Positions 9,763-19,673 of a DNA stretch of 38,539 bases are shown here, piece by piece. A program made the translations under genes and the position numbers. The stretch lies in the NCBI GenBank assembly GCA_939792625.1, contig CALNFG010000001.1:1-38539 (forward strand), in the 5' to 3' direction. The notes beneath the pieces are model-generated. The model was not told the origin of the DNA. It worked only from the letters and a program-made list of their open reading frames with translations, and did not search any database. Position 1 is the stretch's first letter; each line of letters opens with the position of its first letter. Source of the stretch: an uncultured Prevotella sp. (GTDB lineage: Bacteria; Bacteroidota; Bacteroidia; Bacteroidales; Bacteroidaceae).

Positions 9763-10908
9763 TCAAAATGCTTCCGCAAACTGGAATACAAAACCTCCCG
9801 TATCTTTCCCGAAGCCGTAGTCGATGCGGACGTTCACATTATGCTTGAATTCCAATCTTAGTCCGAGTCCGTAGTTCGGCAGCACGTCTTTCCACCTCAG
9901 ACTGCCGAACGAAGGAAACACCGTACCTCCGCCGACCCAGGCCACACACCCTACCCGTCCATAAACATGCTGACGAAACTCCAGCTGTGCGGTCATCTGG
10001 TTGTTGTCGATGTACCGCCCGGCATAATATCCGCGCATACGGCTCATGCCGCTGCCAAGTTCTTCACGCAAAGTCCAGGGCACGTTGCTACCGTTAAACT
10101 GTCCGTATAAGTCAAAGGCCAGCACACTGCCTTTCCACGCAGGTTGGTACACATCGAGAATAACGGTTGTGCCGAATATCGTTCTGTCATGATTGCTCAA
10201 CCATTCAGGATATACGACCTCGCGTGCTAGAAAGTAAATGCCACGCTTGGGATTCAGTATGAAGTCGCGTGTGTCATATTGCACAGACAAACCAATACCA
10301 GTAAAGAAATATGCCGTTTGCTGCCCTTCCAAGTACCCGGGCCGCGTCATACGTGAAGCCCGAGTATAATTCACGTTCAGCGCGGCTCCAACATGAAAGT
10401 CTTTTGTCACCTTATACACATAGTCAGACTCTAGGTTTATCATCTGCCGTCTGTAGCCCGCCACAGGATTAGTTGCACAGGCATCATAAGACACGCCCCA
10501 AAAATCAAGATTTTTGTTCTGGAACTGAAGCAGATAAGACAGGCGCGAGCGGTTACCCCTGAAATGGTTGTTACCTTTCACCGTGATTGAATAAAACCCG
10601 TTTACGGTAGCACTGCCCGACAGAGAGATATCCGAAGGCTGCATCACCGAGTCTGTACGGTCTATCCTATACAAACCAGTGGCCGCACCGCCTATACCAA
10701 AGCTGCCCTCCCTCGTGTAACATGGAGCCACGATGAAGCTCATGTCCATTTTCCGCTCAAAAGTACGGTCGATGTTACCATGCACAAGACTGTTCCAATA
10801 CCGCCTCAGCCGACTGTCTTTTATTGTATCCTCCTTTTGTGTCTGCGCCTCAGCTGGCGTAAACAATCCAGCCACCGCTATAAAGAAAATGATGCGTTTG
10901 ATGTCCAT
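9763..10908 (-). CDS. BamA/TamA (Omp85)-family outer-membrane protein, barrel only
   Basis: Signal peptide, YDTRD..LNP, LG..RMRGY..GRY motif, C-terminal FQFAEAF; too short (381 aa) for POTRA domains. Confidence 0.85.
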   Translation of the reverse strand: MDIKRIIFFIAVAGLFTPAEAQTQKEDTIKDSRLRRYWNSLVHGNIDRTFERKMDMSFIVAPCYTREGSFGIGGAATGLYRIDRTDSVMQPSDISLSGSATVNGFYSITVKGNNHFRGNRSRLSYLLQFQNKNLDFWGVSYDACATNPVAGYRRQMINLESDYVYKVTKDFHVGAALNVNYTRASRMTRPGYLEGQQTAYFFTGIGLSVQYDTRDFILNPKRGIYFLAREVVYPEWLSNHDRTIFGTTVILDVYQPAWKGSVLAFDLYGQFNGSNVPWTLREELGSGMSRMRGYYAGRYIDNNQMTAQLEFRQHVYGRVGCVAWVGGGTVFPSFGSLRWKDVLPNYGLGLRLEFKHNVNVRIDYGFGKDTGGFVFQFAEAF

Positions 10909-10926
10909 ATACGTTATATTCTTTGA

Positions 10927-11583
10927 TTACCTGCCAAACCTATAAGCCAATCCTATGCTTGCCGCATGCGGGCACAACTTCACATTGTCGACGTTGAGCA
11001 TATTCGTAAAACTCGCTTTATAAGAAACATTAAGCTGTAAACCGGACGAGAATTCGTAGCCTATTTTCAAACCGAAGCCCGTATTTGAGTCGCGCATCAC
11101 GGGCTGTCCGTCCCGTCCGTCTTTCTCGTACAGATCGCTCTTCATTCCGTTATACCGGTATGTTGCCTCAAGACCGAACTCCGTATAAGGTCCGGCACCA
11201 AGATACAACTGTCTGTCGCCTTTGAAACGTATATGATACATTGCATAAAGAGGAACTTCAAGGCCACGGTAACTGAATTTACCTGGAACACTGCCCCACT
11301 CAAATTCCGAATGTTTATAATGAAAGAGCATTTCTCCCTGTACGGAAAACGAGTCTGATATTCCTAAATCAACAAAGCCTCCGACCGTACCTCCAACTTT
11401 AACCCGGCTCTGTCCGTTGTTTATGCCGGAATGAAAAAAGCCTGAAACATTAGTTTCAAGAATAACACCGCCCGTTACCGTCATACGCTGTTCTTTCTTC
11501 CGGAACTCAGTCTGAGCCTGTACCTGACAAAACTCACCGACAAGAGCAGTCGCAAGTGCCATAAACTTTAGTCTTACATTCAT
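10927..11583 (-). CDS. Porin-family / PorT-like small outer-membrane beta-barrel
   Basis: Signal ending VQA-Q, LEVPLY, LYLGAGPY..FGL, ends IGLAYRFGR. Confidence 0.8.
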   Translation of the reverse strand: MNVRLKFMALATALVGEFCQVQAQTEFRKKEQRMTVTGGVILETNVSGFFHSGINNGQSRVKVGGTVGGFVDLGISDSFSVQGEMLFHYKHSEFEWGSVPGKFSYRGLEVPLYAMYHIRFKGDRQLYLGAGPYTEFGLEATYRYNGMKSDLYEKDGRDGQPVMRDSNTGFGLKIGYEFSSGLQLNVSYKASFTNMLNVDNVKLCPHAASIGLAYRFGR

Positions 11584-11606
11584 TTCAAGTCATTTTAAAA
11601 TTGCGG

Positions 11607-11711
11607 TGCAAAATTAGCCTGTCGGCATAGCCGTCACAAGGTCTTTTCATTGACAATATTGGTCAAATATTTGAATACGACACGCCACAAAGAAAAATAT
11701 GCCTAAATTTG
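11607..11711. promoter_or_regulatory. Divergent promoter with tandem GGTC-N6-TTGA sites
   Basis: Minus-strand TAATTTTGCA at 11607-11616; GGTC-N6-TTGA at 11640 and 11661 (21-bp spacing); plus-strand TAAATTTG at 11704. Confidence 0.6.
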
Positions 11712-11737
11712 TAATCCGAAACATTTATGCCCATAAC

Positions 11738-12607
11738 ATGACACCACAATCAGACATAACAGCAGACATCATGTCGTCACATCCCGGAGCCATAAGCTTT
11801 ATGGACAATTATTTCATATTCGACACCGATAAAAGACTGTCCACGTACAGTTCTTTCAAAATTGACACATACGGATTTTTCCTCTGCACTAAAGGCACAT
11901 TCTGCATAGAGATTGATTTAAAGCCATTCCGATTACGTCCCGGAATGTTGACAGTCTACGTTCCCGGACAACTTGTCACATACAAGTCGGCCGGCAAAGA
12001 TTTATTCGGCACACGCCTTGTCATGACCAAGCGTTTTGTGTCAGGTCTGGGTTTGCCTTATAATTTCAGCCTGGCCGCCGACATACGCGAGAATCCTGTT
12101 CTATACCTGAAGTCTGGCGAACTGCAAGCCATCAGGAACTATTGTAACATGGTAAAAAACTTACTGAGCAAGAAGCGCCCTTATCAGGCAGAGACACTGC
12201 GGCATCTTACTTGTGCTTACGCCTACAGCCTCGGCTCGTATCTTTACCGGATGACAGCCGGCCGTAAGCTTTCCAATGAAGAAGCTCTCATGCAGCGTTT
12301 CCTGCACGAGTTGCATACATATTATAAAAAAGAACGTAAAGTAATGTTTTATGCTGAACGTTTGAATATTACAGCCGGTTACCTTTCCACGTTGGCAAGC
12401 TCCGTCAGTGGCCGTACTGCTTCCGAATGGATAGACAGCTTTGTTCTTTTGGAAGCAAAGATTATGCTTACCTCCACAAACATGACCATTCAGCAAATAA
12501 GCTACGAGTTGCATTTTCCGTCGCAAACATTCTTTGGAAAATACTTCAAACGGCTCACCGGACTTTCGCCCAAGGAATACAGAGAAGGTGAGAAAGTGAG
12601 AAGGTGA
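11738..12607 (+). CDS. AraC family transcriptional regulator
   Basis: ERKVMFYAERLNIT..YLS; IQQISYELHFPSQTFFGKYFKRLTGLSP; ATG 11738 lies downstream of the -7 element. Confidence 0.9.
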   Translation: MTPQSDITADIMSSHPGAISFMDNYFIFDTDKRLSTYSSFKIDTYGFFLCTKGTFCIEIDLKPFRLRPGMLTVYVPGQLVTYKSAGKDLFGTRLVMTKRFVSGLGLPYNFSLAADIRENPVLYLKSGELQAIRNYCNMVKNLLSKKRPYQAETLRHLTCAYAYSLGSYLYRMTAGRKLSNEEALMQRFLHELHTYYKKERKVMFYAERLNITAGYLSTLASSVSGRTASEWIDSFVLLEAKIMLTSTNMTIQQISYELHFPSQTFFGKYFKRLTGLSPKEYREGEKVRR

Positions 12608-12688
12608 GAAAGTGGGAAAATATGAATAAAATCTCACCTTCTCACCTTTCCACCTTCCCACCTTCTCACCTTCTCACCTTCTCACCTT
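12582..12688. repeat. Inverted 8-bp tandem repeat array (GAGAAGGT x~5 / TCTCACCT x7)
   Basis: Direct reading; arms separated by an AT loop; between convergent stops at 12607 and 12692. Confidence 0.9.
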
Positions 12689-12691
12689 TAT

Positions 12692-13249
12692 TTAATATTG
12701 GCTTGCCCAGCTTTTAATGGCTTCACGCACGGGGCTGTTAAACAGTCGCCCTTCTTTCCACTGCAGGTCCGGATACGCAGCTTTCAGCTTGCTTACGCTG
12801 TTGTCTATTCCGCTGCCGCCGGATGTGGCGAAGGGTACTATCGTCTTGCCTCTCAGGTCAACGCTTTCAATGAATGTGTTGACCACGCGCGGCGCCTCGT
12901 TCCACCATATCGGATAACCGATGAAGATTACGTCGTATCCCGAGACGTCGGCCCCGGGGCTCTTCAATGCCGGACGCGCAAGAGTGTCGCCCATCTCCAA
13001 CGAGCTGCGCGACCGGCTGTCGTTCCAGTCAAGGTCGGCCGGCGTATAGGCTTCCTCGGGCACAATCTCATACAAATCTCCGCGAGTGACGTCTCTCACG
13101 GCCCGGGCCAGCTCTGCCGTGGTGCCCGTGGCCGAGAAATATGCCACGAGTATCTTCTTGGTATCCGTGTTCTGCTTTTCTTTGTTTTGGGCGCAAGCCC
13201 CGAAACACATTGCCATTATCACGGCAAATGATAAAACAATCTTATTCAT
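12692..13249 (-). CDS. Flavodoxin (Flavodoxin_4 type) with signal peptide, possible lipoprotein
   Basis: LVAYFSATGTT, FIGYPIWW, PFATSGGSG; N-terminus MNKIVLSFAVIMAMCFGAC. Confidence 0.88.
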   Translation of the reverse strand: MNKIVLSFAVIMAMCFGACAQNKEKQNTDTKKILVAYFSATGTTAELARAVRDVTRGDLYEIVPEEAYTPADLDWNDSRSRSSLEMGDTLARPALKSPGADVSGYDVIFIGYPIWWNEAPRVVNTFIESVDLRGKTIVPFATSGGSGIDNSVSKLKAAYPDLQWKEGRLFNSPVREAIKSWASQY

Positions 13250-13277
13250 AACTGCATAGTGCTTTTTTTATTTTCAT

Positions 13278-14426
13278 CTATTTTATTTTCATCCCGGGAA
13301 TCAAGGGCTTCACGTCCACCAGCTCCAGCTCTTTAACCATCTGCAGCGTGGCCTGCTTGTATTTACGGAAGTGGGGCGTCTGCAGATGGCTGCGGTATGC
13401 GGCCGGGCCGGCATATATTTCAAGAATCGTAAGCTTGTGAGGCGCGTCCCTTTCAGCCGTTGCATACAGAGCCATGACGCCCGGCTCAAGGCGCATTGAC
13501 GTCTCGATCTCTTCTTTCAGAAGGGCATTGTATTCGTCCAGACGTGCGGGGTCAACGGTTATCTTCGACAGGCGCACCAGAGGGGTTTCCGATGATGCCG
13601 GCTTGGTATATTCTTCCCTGATGATGCGCAGGGCCTTGATCGCGGCAGGAAAGCCGACGTAGGGCAGGCTCTGTATGACGGCTGCCGTAAGCGTTTCGGG
13701 CGTGTTGCCGGCGTTGATGTTGCCGTGATAGTGAGAATGTAGCTGGCTTTCAGCCCCCACTGCCGTCAGTATGCAGTAGCCCAGCAGCTCGCGTGTCTTC
13801 AGGTCGAGCGCGCCGCGGCTGTATATCTCGCCGAAAAAGTAATCGGTAAGGAAACGCTCCACGTCGCGCCCCATGCCGCCGGGCATGCCGTCCATAACCG
13901 AAGAGATGCCGCCGGGATAAAGTCTGTCCTGTATCGAACGGCCCTTGTCGTGGCGGCTCTCCTCTGTCACCACGCCCTGCCGTTCAAGAGGCAGGGCTAT
14001 GCCGCGCTCACTGAACACATCGTTAACCGCAGCTACGGCGTTCAACATCTTCGGGAAGCCGATAAAAGGTGCAGTGAGATACATCACCTCACGCAGTTCT
14101 GCGGGGGTGACGCCCACGTTCAGCGCGGCTCCGGCATGAGCCTTCAGCTGAGGCAGAGTCTGCATGACGGCAAGCGTGGCGCATGTTATCATTTCGCGCT
14201 GCCTGACGGTAAGACTTCCCGTTTCAAACACTTCTCCGAATATGAACTTCTGCAGAATATCCATCATCTCAGGGTCTGTGCCCTGCCCTGTCAAGGCCTC
14301 GCCGCCGAACAGAGTGCGATAGTTCTCTTTACACGTTTCTATCCTATCCATAACTTTGTCCTTCTGTGCCTTTACCGGCACCAATCCAACCAGCAATAAG
14401 GCAAATACAATTATGCTTTGTTTCAT
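13278..14426 (-). CDS. Carboxymuconolactone decarboxylase family protein (2 CMD domains) fused to an ABM/putative quinol monooxygenase domain; signal peptide
   Basis: FIFGEV..L..RQREMIT, APFIGFP, FFGEIYSRGALD..RELL, LPYVGFP; C-terminal EPGV..ILEIY..AYRSHLQTPHF; MKQSIIVFALLLVGLVPVKA-Q. Confidence 0.88.
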   Translation of the reverse strand: MKQSIIVFALLLVGLVPVKAQKDKVMDRIETCKENYRTLFGGEALTGQGTDPEMMDILQKFIFGEVFETGSLTVRQREMITCATLAVMQTLPQLKAHAGAALNVGVTPAELREVMYLTAPFIGFPKMLNAVAAVNDVFSERGIALPLERQGVVTEESRHDKGRSIQDRLYPGGISSVMDGMPGGMGRDVERFLTDYFFGEIYSRGALDLKTRELLGYCILTAVGAESQLHSHYHGNINAGNTPETLTAAVIQSLPYVGFPAAIKALRIIREEYTKPASSETPLVRLSKITVDPARLDEYNALLKEEIETSMRLEPGVMALYATAERDAPHKLTILEIYAGPAAYRSHLQTPHFRKYKQATLQMVKELELVDVKPLIPGMKIK

Positions 14427-14437
14427 TGCGATATTTG

Positions 14438-15085
14438 TTATACGCTTTTCCCTAACTGATAAGCCTGCTCTCCATATTCCGTATTGCGAACGGAACCGGC
14501 CGTCCATACACCGGCAGCAACGACCTCGCCCACACTTTTCCATCCGAGATAGTCCGTCAGCGTGCGGTAATGCACAAGCATAGGCTCGGCCTCCTTAGCT
14601 GAAGTGTCTGCGTAGGTCATCAGGAAAGCTGCCTTCTTGGACGCACCCTTAATCTGCCCGTTGATGGCATAAAAGCGGTCGATCACCCGCTTCATCTGTG
14701 CCGACATGCCGAAATAGTACATCGGTGTGGCGAACACCACCATGCCGGCCTCAACGAGACGGGGGCACAGTTCGTCAAAGTCGTCTTTTATCACACACGG
14801 CCCGTCCATGCCGCAACGGTTGCAGGCGCGGCACGGCTCCACCTGCCTGAAAGCACAATCGTAACGGTATGTATCGTGTCCGCTTTCGCGTGCCCCTTTT
14901 ATGAACTGCTCCGCAAGATAAGCGGAGTTACCGCCACGGCGGGGACTGCCCGTCAGCACTACTATCTTCATCGTCTTGTTCTTTTTTGATGTTCCACTTA
15001 ACACACCGGCCACGCCGCTCACCTTGGCGACGGCCGCCGAAGCCAATGCCACAGCCGCATTGGTTATGAATTTACGCCTGTCCAT
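14438..15085 (-). CDS. Iron-sulfur flavoprotein / NADPH-dependent FMN reductase family with twin-arginine signal
   Basis: MDRRKFI signal; GSPRRGGNS; CRACNRCGMDGPC (Cx2Cx2Cx5C); FATPMYY. Confidence 0.87.
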   Translation of the reverse strand: MDRRKFITNAAVALASAAVAKVSGVAGVLSGTSKKNKTMKIVVLTGSPRRGGNSAYLAEQFIKGARESGHDTYRYDCAFRQVEPCRACNRCGMDGPCVIKDDFDELCPRLVEAGMVVFATPMYYFGMSAQMKRVIDRFYAINGQIKGASKKAAFLMTYADTSAKEAEPMLVHYRTLTDYLGWKSVGEVVAAGVWTAGSVRNTEYGEQAYQLGKSV

Positions 15086-15111
15086 GTTTTCATCTGAATG
15101 TAGACAGATTT

Positions 15112-15672
15112 CTAAACATTCGGCCCGTATCCCCTGCCCGGCTGCAGGCACTTGGATATTTCGCCGCCGGTGCGCAGGTAAGTATAGCCGGGCATCTCGA
15201 AGAGTACAGGCTTCAGCTTATTATAGTCGGGCTTGCCTTTATCGTTGAGAATGCTTTCCTCGGCATACGTGTTGACTATACGGCAGATGAAGTTGTCAAA
15301 CGCATCTGTCTCGTAATTGTCCACCACTTCACACTCAATCACGAGCCGGCTGTCGTCAATGACGGGAGTGCCGGCCTCGCCCGCATGATAAGCAAAGACG
15401 CCCGACTTGTCGGTCTTTGCCCCGCTGACGCTGCCCACATAGTCGGCACGTCCGAGCATGTTCTCTTCCACAATGTTAACCGACAGACGCCCCGCAGCCT
15501 TAACACCCTGATTGGTGTAATGAGCCTTGTGCATACTCAGCATGATGCGGTCGTGCCCGATGATGCCCACATGGGCTACGAGCAGCCAGTTTGCTTTTCC
15601 GTCAACTTCAGCTCCCACCACCACTGCCGGTGTGGGATACAGTGCCAGCATAGGTCCTATGTTCTTTTTCAT
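15112..15672 (-). CDS. Flavin reductase family protein (flavoredoxin-like)
   Basis: LYPTPAVVVG, HYTNQG, ADYVGSVSGAKTDKS, ECEVVD. Confidence 0.87.
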   Translation of the reverse strand: MKKNIGPMLALYPTPAVVVGAEVDGKANWLLVAHVGIIGHDRIMLSMHKAHYTNQGVKAAGRLSVNIVEENMLGRADYVGSVSGAKTDKSGVFAYHAGEAGTPVIDDSRLVIECEVVDNYETDAFDNFICRIVNTYAEESILNDKGKPDYNKLKPVLFEMPGYTYLRTGGEISKCLQPGRGYGPNV

Positions 15673-15685
15673 GTCATTAGTTTGT

Positions 15686-16708
15686 TTAATGGATTTCTGA
15701 TTTTATGTTGAACAGTTCCGTGGCGTTCTTCCACAGAAACATGTCCGAATACTGCGAAAGCTCGCTGTCGCCGGCCAACGTTTCTTTCAGCCTCTCCATG
15801 TTGCCGCGCAGCACGTTGTCAGGAAGATACGGATAGTCTGAGCCGTACATAACATGGTCGGGTGAGGTCACGGTGAGCAGTGCGCGTATTACTCCGGCCG
15901 TGGGACTGCCCGCAAGGTCGTAGTAAAGGCGTGACAGGTTATCATTCCAGTCTATCTGCTGCATGTATCCGCCGCTGACCATTGCCGGCAGAATCGACTT
16001 CATGCGTACAACGGCGAGAGGTATGAACGAGCCGCAATGAGGCACGACGAACTTGATGTCTGGGTAACGCACCGGCACGTTGCGCGCCAGCATGTTGACA
16101 ACGGCACGTGTCGTCTCTGCCGGATATTCATACATGGCAAGCGGCGTGGTCCGTATGATGCCCTCAGGATAAGGCGTGGGGCGGTGCGGATGGATTATAA
16201 CCACGGCATGCCTTTCGTTCAGCACTTGCATAAGCGTGTCGAGAGCCTCGTCGCCAAGATACTGTCCGCGGCTGTTGGTGGCCAGCTTTACGCCGTCGGC
16301 ATGCAGCGTGTCGAGGGCATAAACCGCCTCGCGTATGGCAGCGCCGACATCGGGCAGGGGCAGCGCGGCACAAAACCTGAACCGTCCGGGATATGATGCT
16401 TTCGCCGCAGCAGCGGCTTCGTTCACCCCGCGTATGCAGGCAGCACTCTCGCCGCCGTCACCATAATACGGCTGAGGAGCCGGCATGGTAAGCACGCTGC
16501 AGCCTATCCCCGTGCTGTCCATAAAGGCCACGTGCCGCCCGGCATCCCAGCGCGGCAGCGGGAACGTCTCTTCCAGCCCGGCTCCGTGACGTTGCAACAT
16601 CTGCATGTATTCAGGCGTTATGATATGCGTATGCACATCCACCGCCTGCTGACCGACGGAGGCCAGAACTGCCTGCAACAACAATAACACGGCAAATATA
16701 CGTTTCAT
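15686..16708 (-). CDS. Amidohydrolase_2 family (ACMSD / aromatic-acid decarboxylase-like) with signal peptide
   Basis: DVHTH metal motif, IIHP, VPHCGS, YYDLAG, YGSDYPY; MKRIFAVLLLLQAVLA signal. Confidence 0.85.
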   Translation of the reverse strand: MKRIFAVLLLLQAVLASVGQQAVDVHTHIITPEYMQMLQRHGAGLEETFPLPRWDAGRHVAFMDSTGIGCSVLTMPAPQPYYGDGGESAACIRGVNEAAAAAKASYPGRFRFCAALPLPDVGAAIREAVYALDTLHADGVKLATNSRGQYLGDEALDTLMQVLNERHAVVIIHPHRPTPYPEGIIRTTPLAMYEYPAETTRAVVNMLARNVPVRYPDIKFVVPHCGSFIPLAVVRMKSILPAMVSGGYMQQIDWNDNLSRLYYDLAGSPTAGVIRALLTVTSPDHVMYGSDYPYLPDNVLRGNMERLKETLAGDSELSQYSDMFLWKNATELFNIKSEIH

Positions 16709-16713
16709 CTGTC

Positions 16714-17748
<1,035 letters not shown>

Positions 17749-17774
17749 TCAGCAACACTTGCTGTACTGTGAAC

Positions 17775-18230
17775 TTACCTGTCAAGCGACAGCGTCACCG
17801 TCACACCGCCCTCGCCCAATGCCGACTTCAACTGCGCGCCGTCAACATTGTCTATTTTACCAAGACGGGTGAAGTTCCATGAGTTGGTGTCGTAATATAT
17901 TACGAGGTTATGCCCCTGATACAGTATGAGGTCGCCCGGTCCGGTGGTTGTCCGGCGGTCGTTGCGGGGCAGGCTTATGCCGAGCGAGCCTACTTTCTCC
18001 ATGTCGGCATAGTCTTCCATTTCCACTGTGATGTCGCCTTTGGCGAGCTGTTCTTTCAGGGCACGGGTGGAAGAATTGTCCACCAGCGTGGCGGTGAATG
18101 TCTCTCCGCCCCTGATTGTCAGTTTGATTGAATTTGTTTCCATACTCTTATTACTCCTTTTTGATTGTCCGGTCATCGGCATCGTCATTAACAACAGAGC
18201 CAACAGCGGGATGAATCTGACTGCTTTCAT
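17775..18230 (-). CDS. Cyclophilin-like fold protein with signal peptide
   Basis: FTATLVDNS, MEDY..MEKVG.LG.SLP, PGDLILYQG.NLVIYY, TRLGKI. Confidence 0.82.
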   Translation of the reverse strand: MKAVRFIPLLALLLMTMPMTGQSKRSNKSMETNSIKLTIRGGETFTATLVDNSSTRALKEQLAKGDITVEMEDYADMEKVGSLGISLPRNDRRTTTGPGDLILYQGHNLVIYYDTNSWNFTRLGKIDNVDGAQLKSALGEGGVTVTLSLDR

Positions 18231-18301
18231 ATTTCATACACATTAATTCTTCAAGCACTCATTCCATGTGACAGTATTTCTCACATACCGTGTTTCACGG
18301 T

Positions 18302-18372
18302 TGCAAAGATAATGTATTTACGCCCGAAAATCTATAACGCATTTACTGACGATTGTAACCTATTTACAGATT
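18302..18372 (-). promoter_or_regulatory. Promoter with tandem TAAC-NN-ATTTAC(T/A)GA operator, copy 1
   Basis: Minus-strand TATCTTTGCA; repeats at 18335 and 18356; colinear with 20700-20770. Confidence 0.75.
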
Positions 18373-19660
18373 ATTTTCCCATAGTCTCCTTTACCTTTGC
18401 CAACAAGTCCGGTATGTCCAGATGCTGCGGACATTTTGCCAGACACTCGCCGCAGCCTATGCACGAAGATGCGGGGTCGCCGCGCTGCACAGGCGACATC
18501 GACACCGTATAGTCGGCCATGGCACGGTCAATGTTACGGTGCAGAAGATAATTATTGTACACGTAAGCAAAAATGTAACCTATGGCCACGTTTTGCGGAC
18601 AAGGTATGCACTGGTAGCAACCCGTGCAGTCGATGTGGCCCGGCGCGTGACGGTATGCACTGATGGCAGCCCCGAGAGCCTCACGTTCGGCCGGCGTGAG
18701 CATGTCGGGACGGGCCTTTGCCGCATACTTCAGGTTGGCCTCTACGTCGGCCATGCTGCCCATGCCGCTTACAGCAACGCTCACTTCCGGCATGTCCCAA
18801 AGATAGTCGAGAGCCCACTCTGCGTCGGGCTTACGTATGCCCGTCGATGCAAGTGCCTCTTTCATCACCGCAGGCAGATTGGCAAGAATACCGGTGCGCA
18901 CGGGCTTCATCACGGCCAGTCCCATGCCGTTGGCCGCGGCATACTTCGGTCCCAGCACGCCTGCCTCATACTCGTAGTCGAGATAGTTGTGCTGGATGAG
19001 GCAGAAGTCCCATGCCGGCGTATATTCCACCACCTTCTTGAACAGCTGCAGACTGTCGTGGAACGAAAAGCCCATGAAGCGGATTTTGCCCTGCGCCTTC
19101 AGCTTCTCCATCTTCTCGATGAGCTTGTACGGCAGCACGTAGTCTTTCCACGCGCGGTGCATAATCATGTGGATGTGGTAAAAGTCTATCACGTCGGTGC
19201 CGATGGTGCGGCGCGATTGGTCGAAAAACTTCTCAAAGTCGCCGGCCGACTGCATCTCCCACCACGGCATCTTTGACGTAACATACACCCTGTCGCGCCA
19301 GCCTCCGGCAAGGGCCTTGCCCACGGCCTGCTCACTTTCACCGCCGAGATATACACGCCCCGTGTCAATGTAATTGACGCCACCCTCTATGGCGCGGCGC
19401 ACCATGGGCGTGGTCTGGTCGAAGTCCACGTGACCGTTTTTCATCGGCAGACGCAGCATGCCGAAACCAAGAGCCGACACGCTGACGCCCGTGCGTCCCA
19501 TAGGGCGATACTGCATGGCGGGGTTATAGTTGAGTATGTCTTTCGTCTTCATGTCCGTTTCCGCCCGTTTCCCGGCTTCGCGGGCCATGGCCCCGGGTCC
19601 GTTAAGGGCGCCGATGGCGGCGGCAAGCACGCCGCTCTTTATGAAATCTCGTCTGTCCAT
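18371..19660 (-). CDS. Aldo/keto reductase with C-terminal 4Fe-4S dicluster and twin-arginine signal
   Basis: MDRRDFIK signal; LGFGMLRLP, IDTGRVY, VTSKMP, GFSFHD; CTGCYQCIPCPQ and CIGCGECLAKCPQ; alternative ATG at 19666. Confidence 0.9.
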   Translation of the reverse strand: MDRRDFIKSGVLAAAIGALNGPGAMAREAGKRAETDMKTKDILNYNPAMQYRPMGRTGVSVSALGFGMLRLPMKNGHVDFDQTTPMVRRAIEGGVNYIDTGRVYLGGESEQAVGKALAGGWRDRVYVTSKMPWWEMQSAGDFEKFFDQSRRTIGTDVIDFYHIHMIMHRAWKDYVLPYKLIEKMEKLKAQGKIRFMGFSFHDSLQLFKKVVEYTPAWDFCLIQHNYLDYEYEAGVLGPKYAAANGMGLAVMKPVRTGILANLPAVMKEALASTGIRKPDAEWALDYLWDMPEVSVAVSGMGSMADVEANLKYAAKARPDMLTPAEREALGAAISAYRHAPGHIDCTGCYQCIPCPQNVAIGYIFAYVYNNYLLHRNIDRAMADYTVSMSPVQRGDPASSCIGCGECLAKCPQHLDIPDLLAKVKETMGK

Positions 19661-19673
19661 TGTCATTCCTCCT

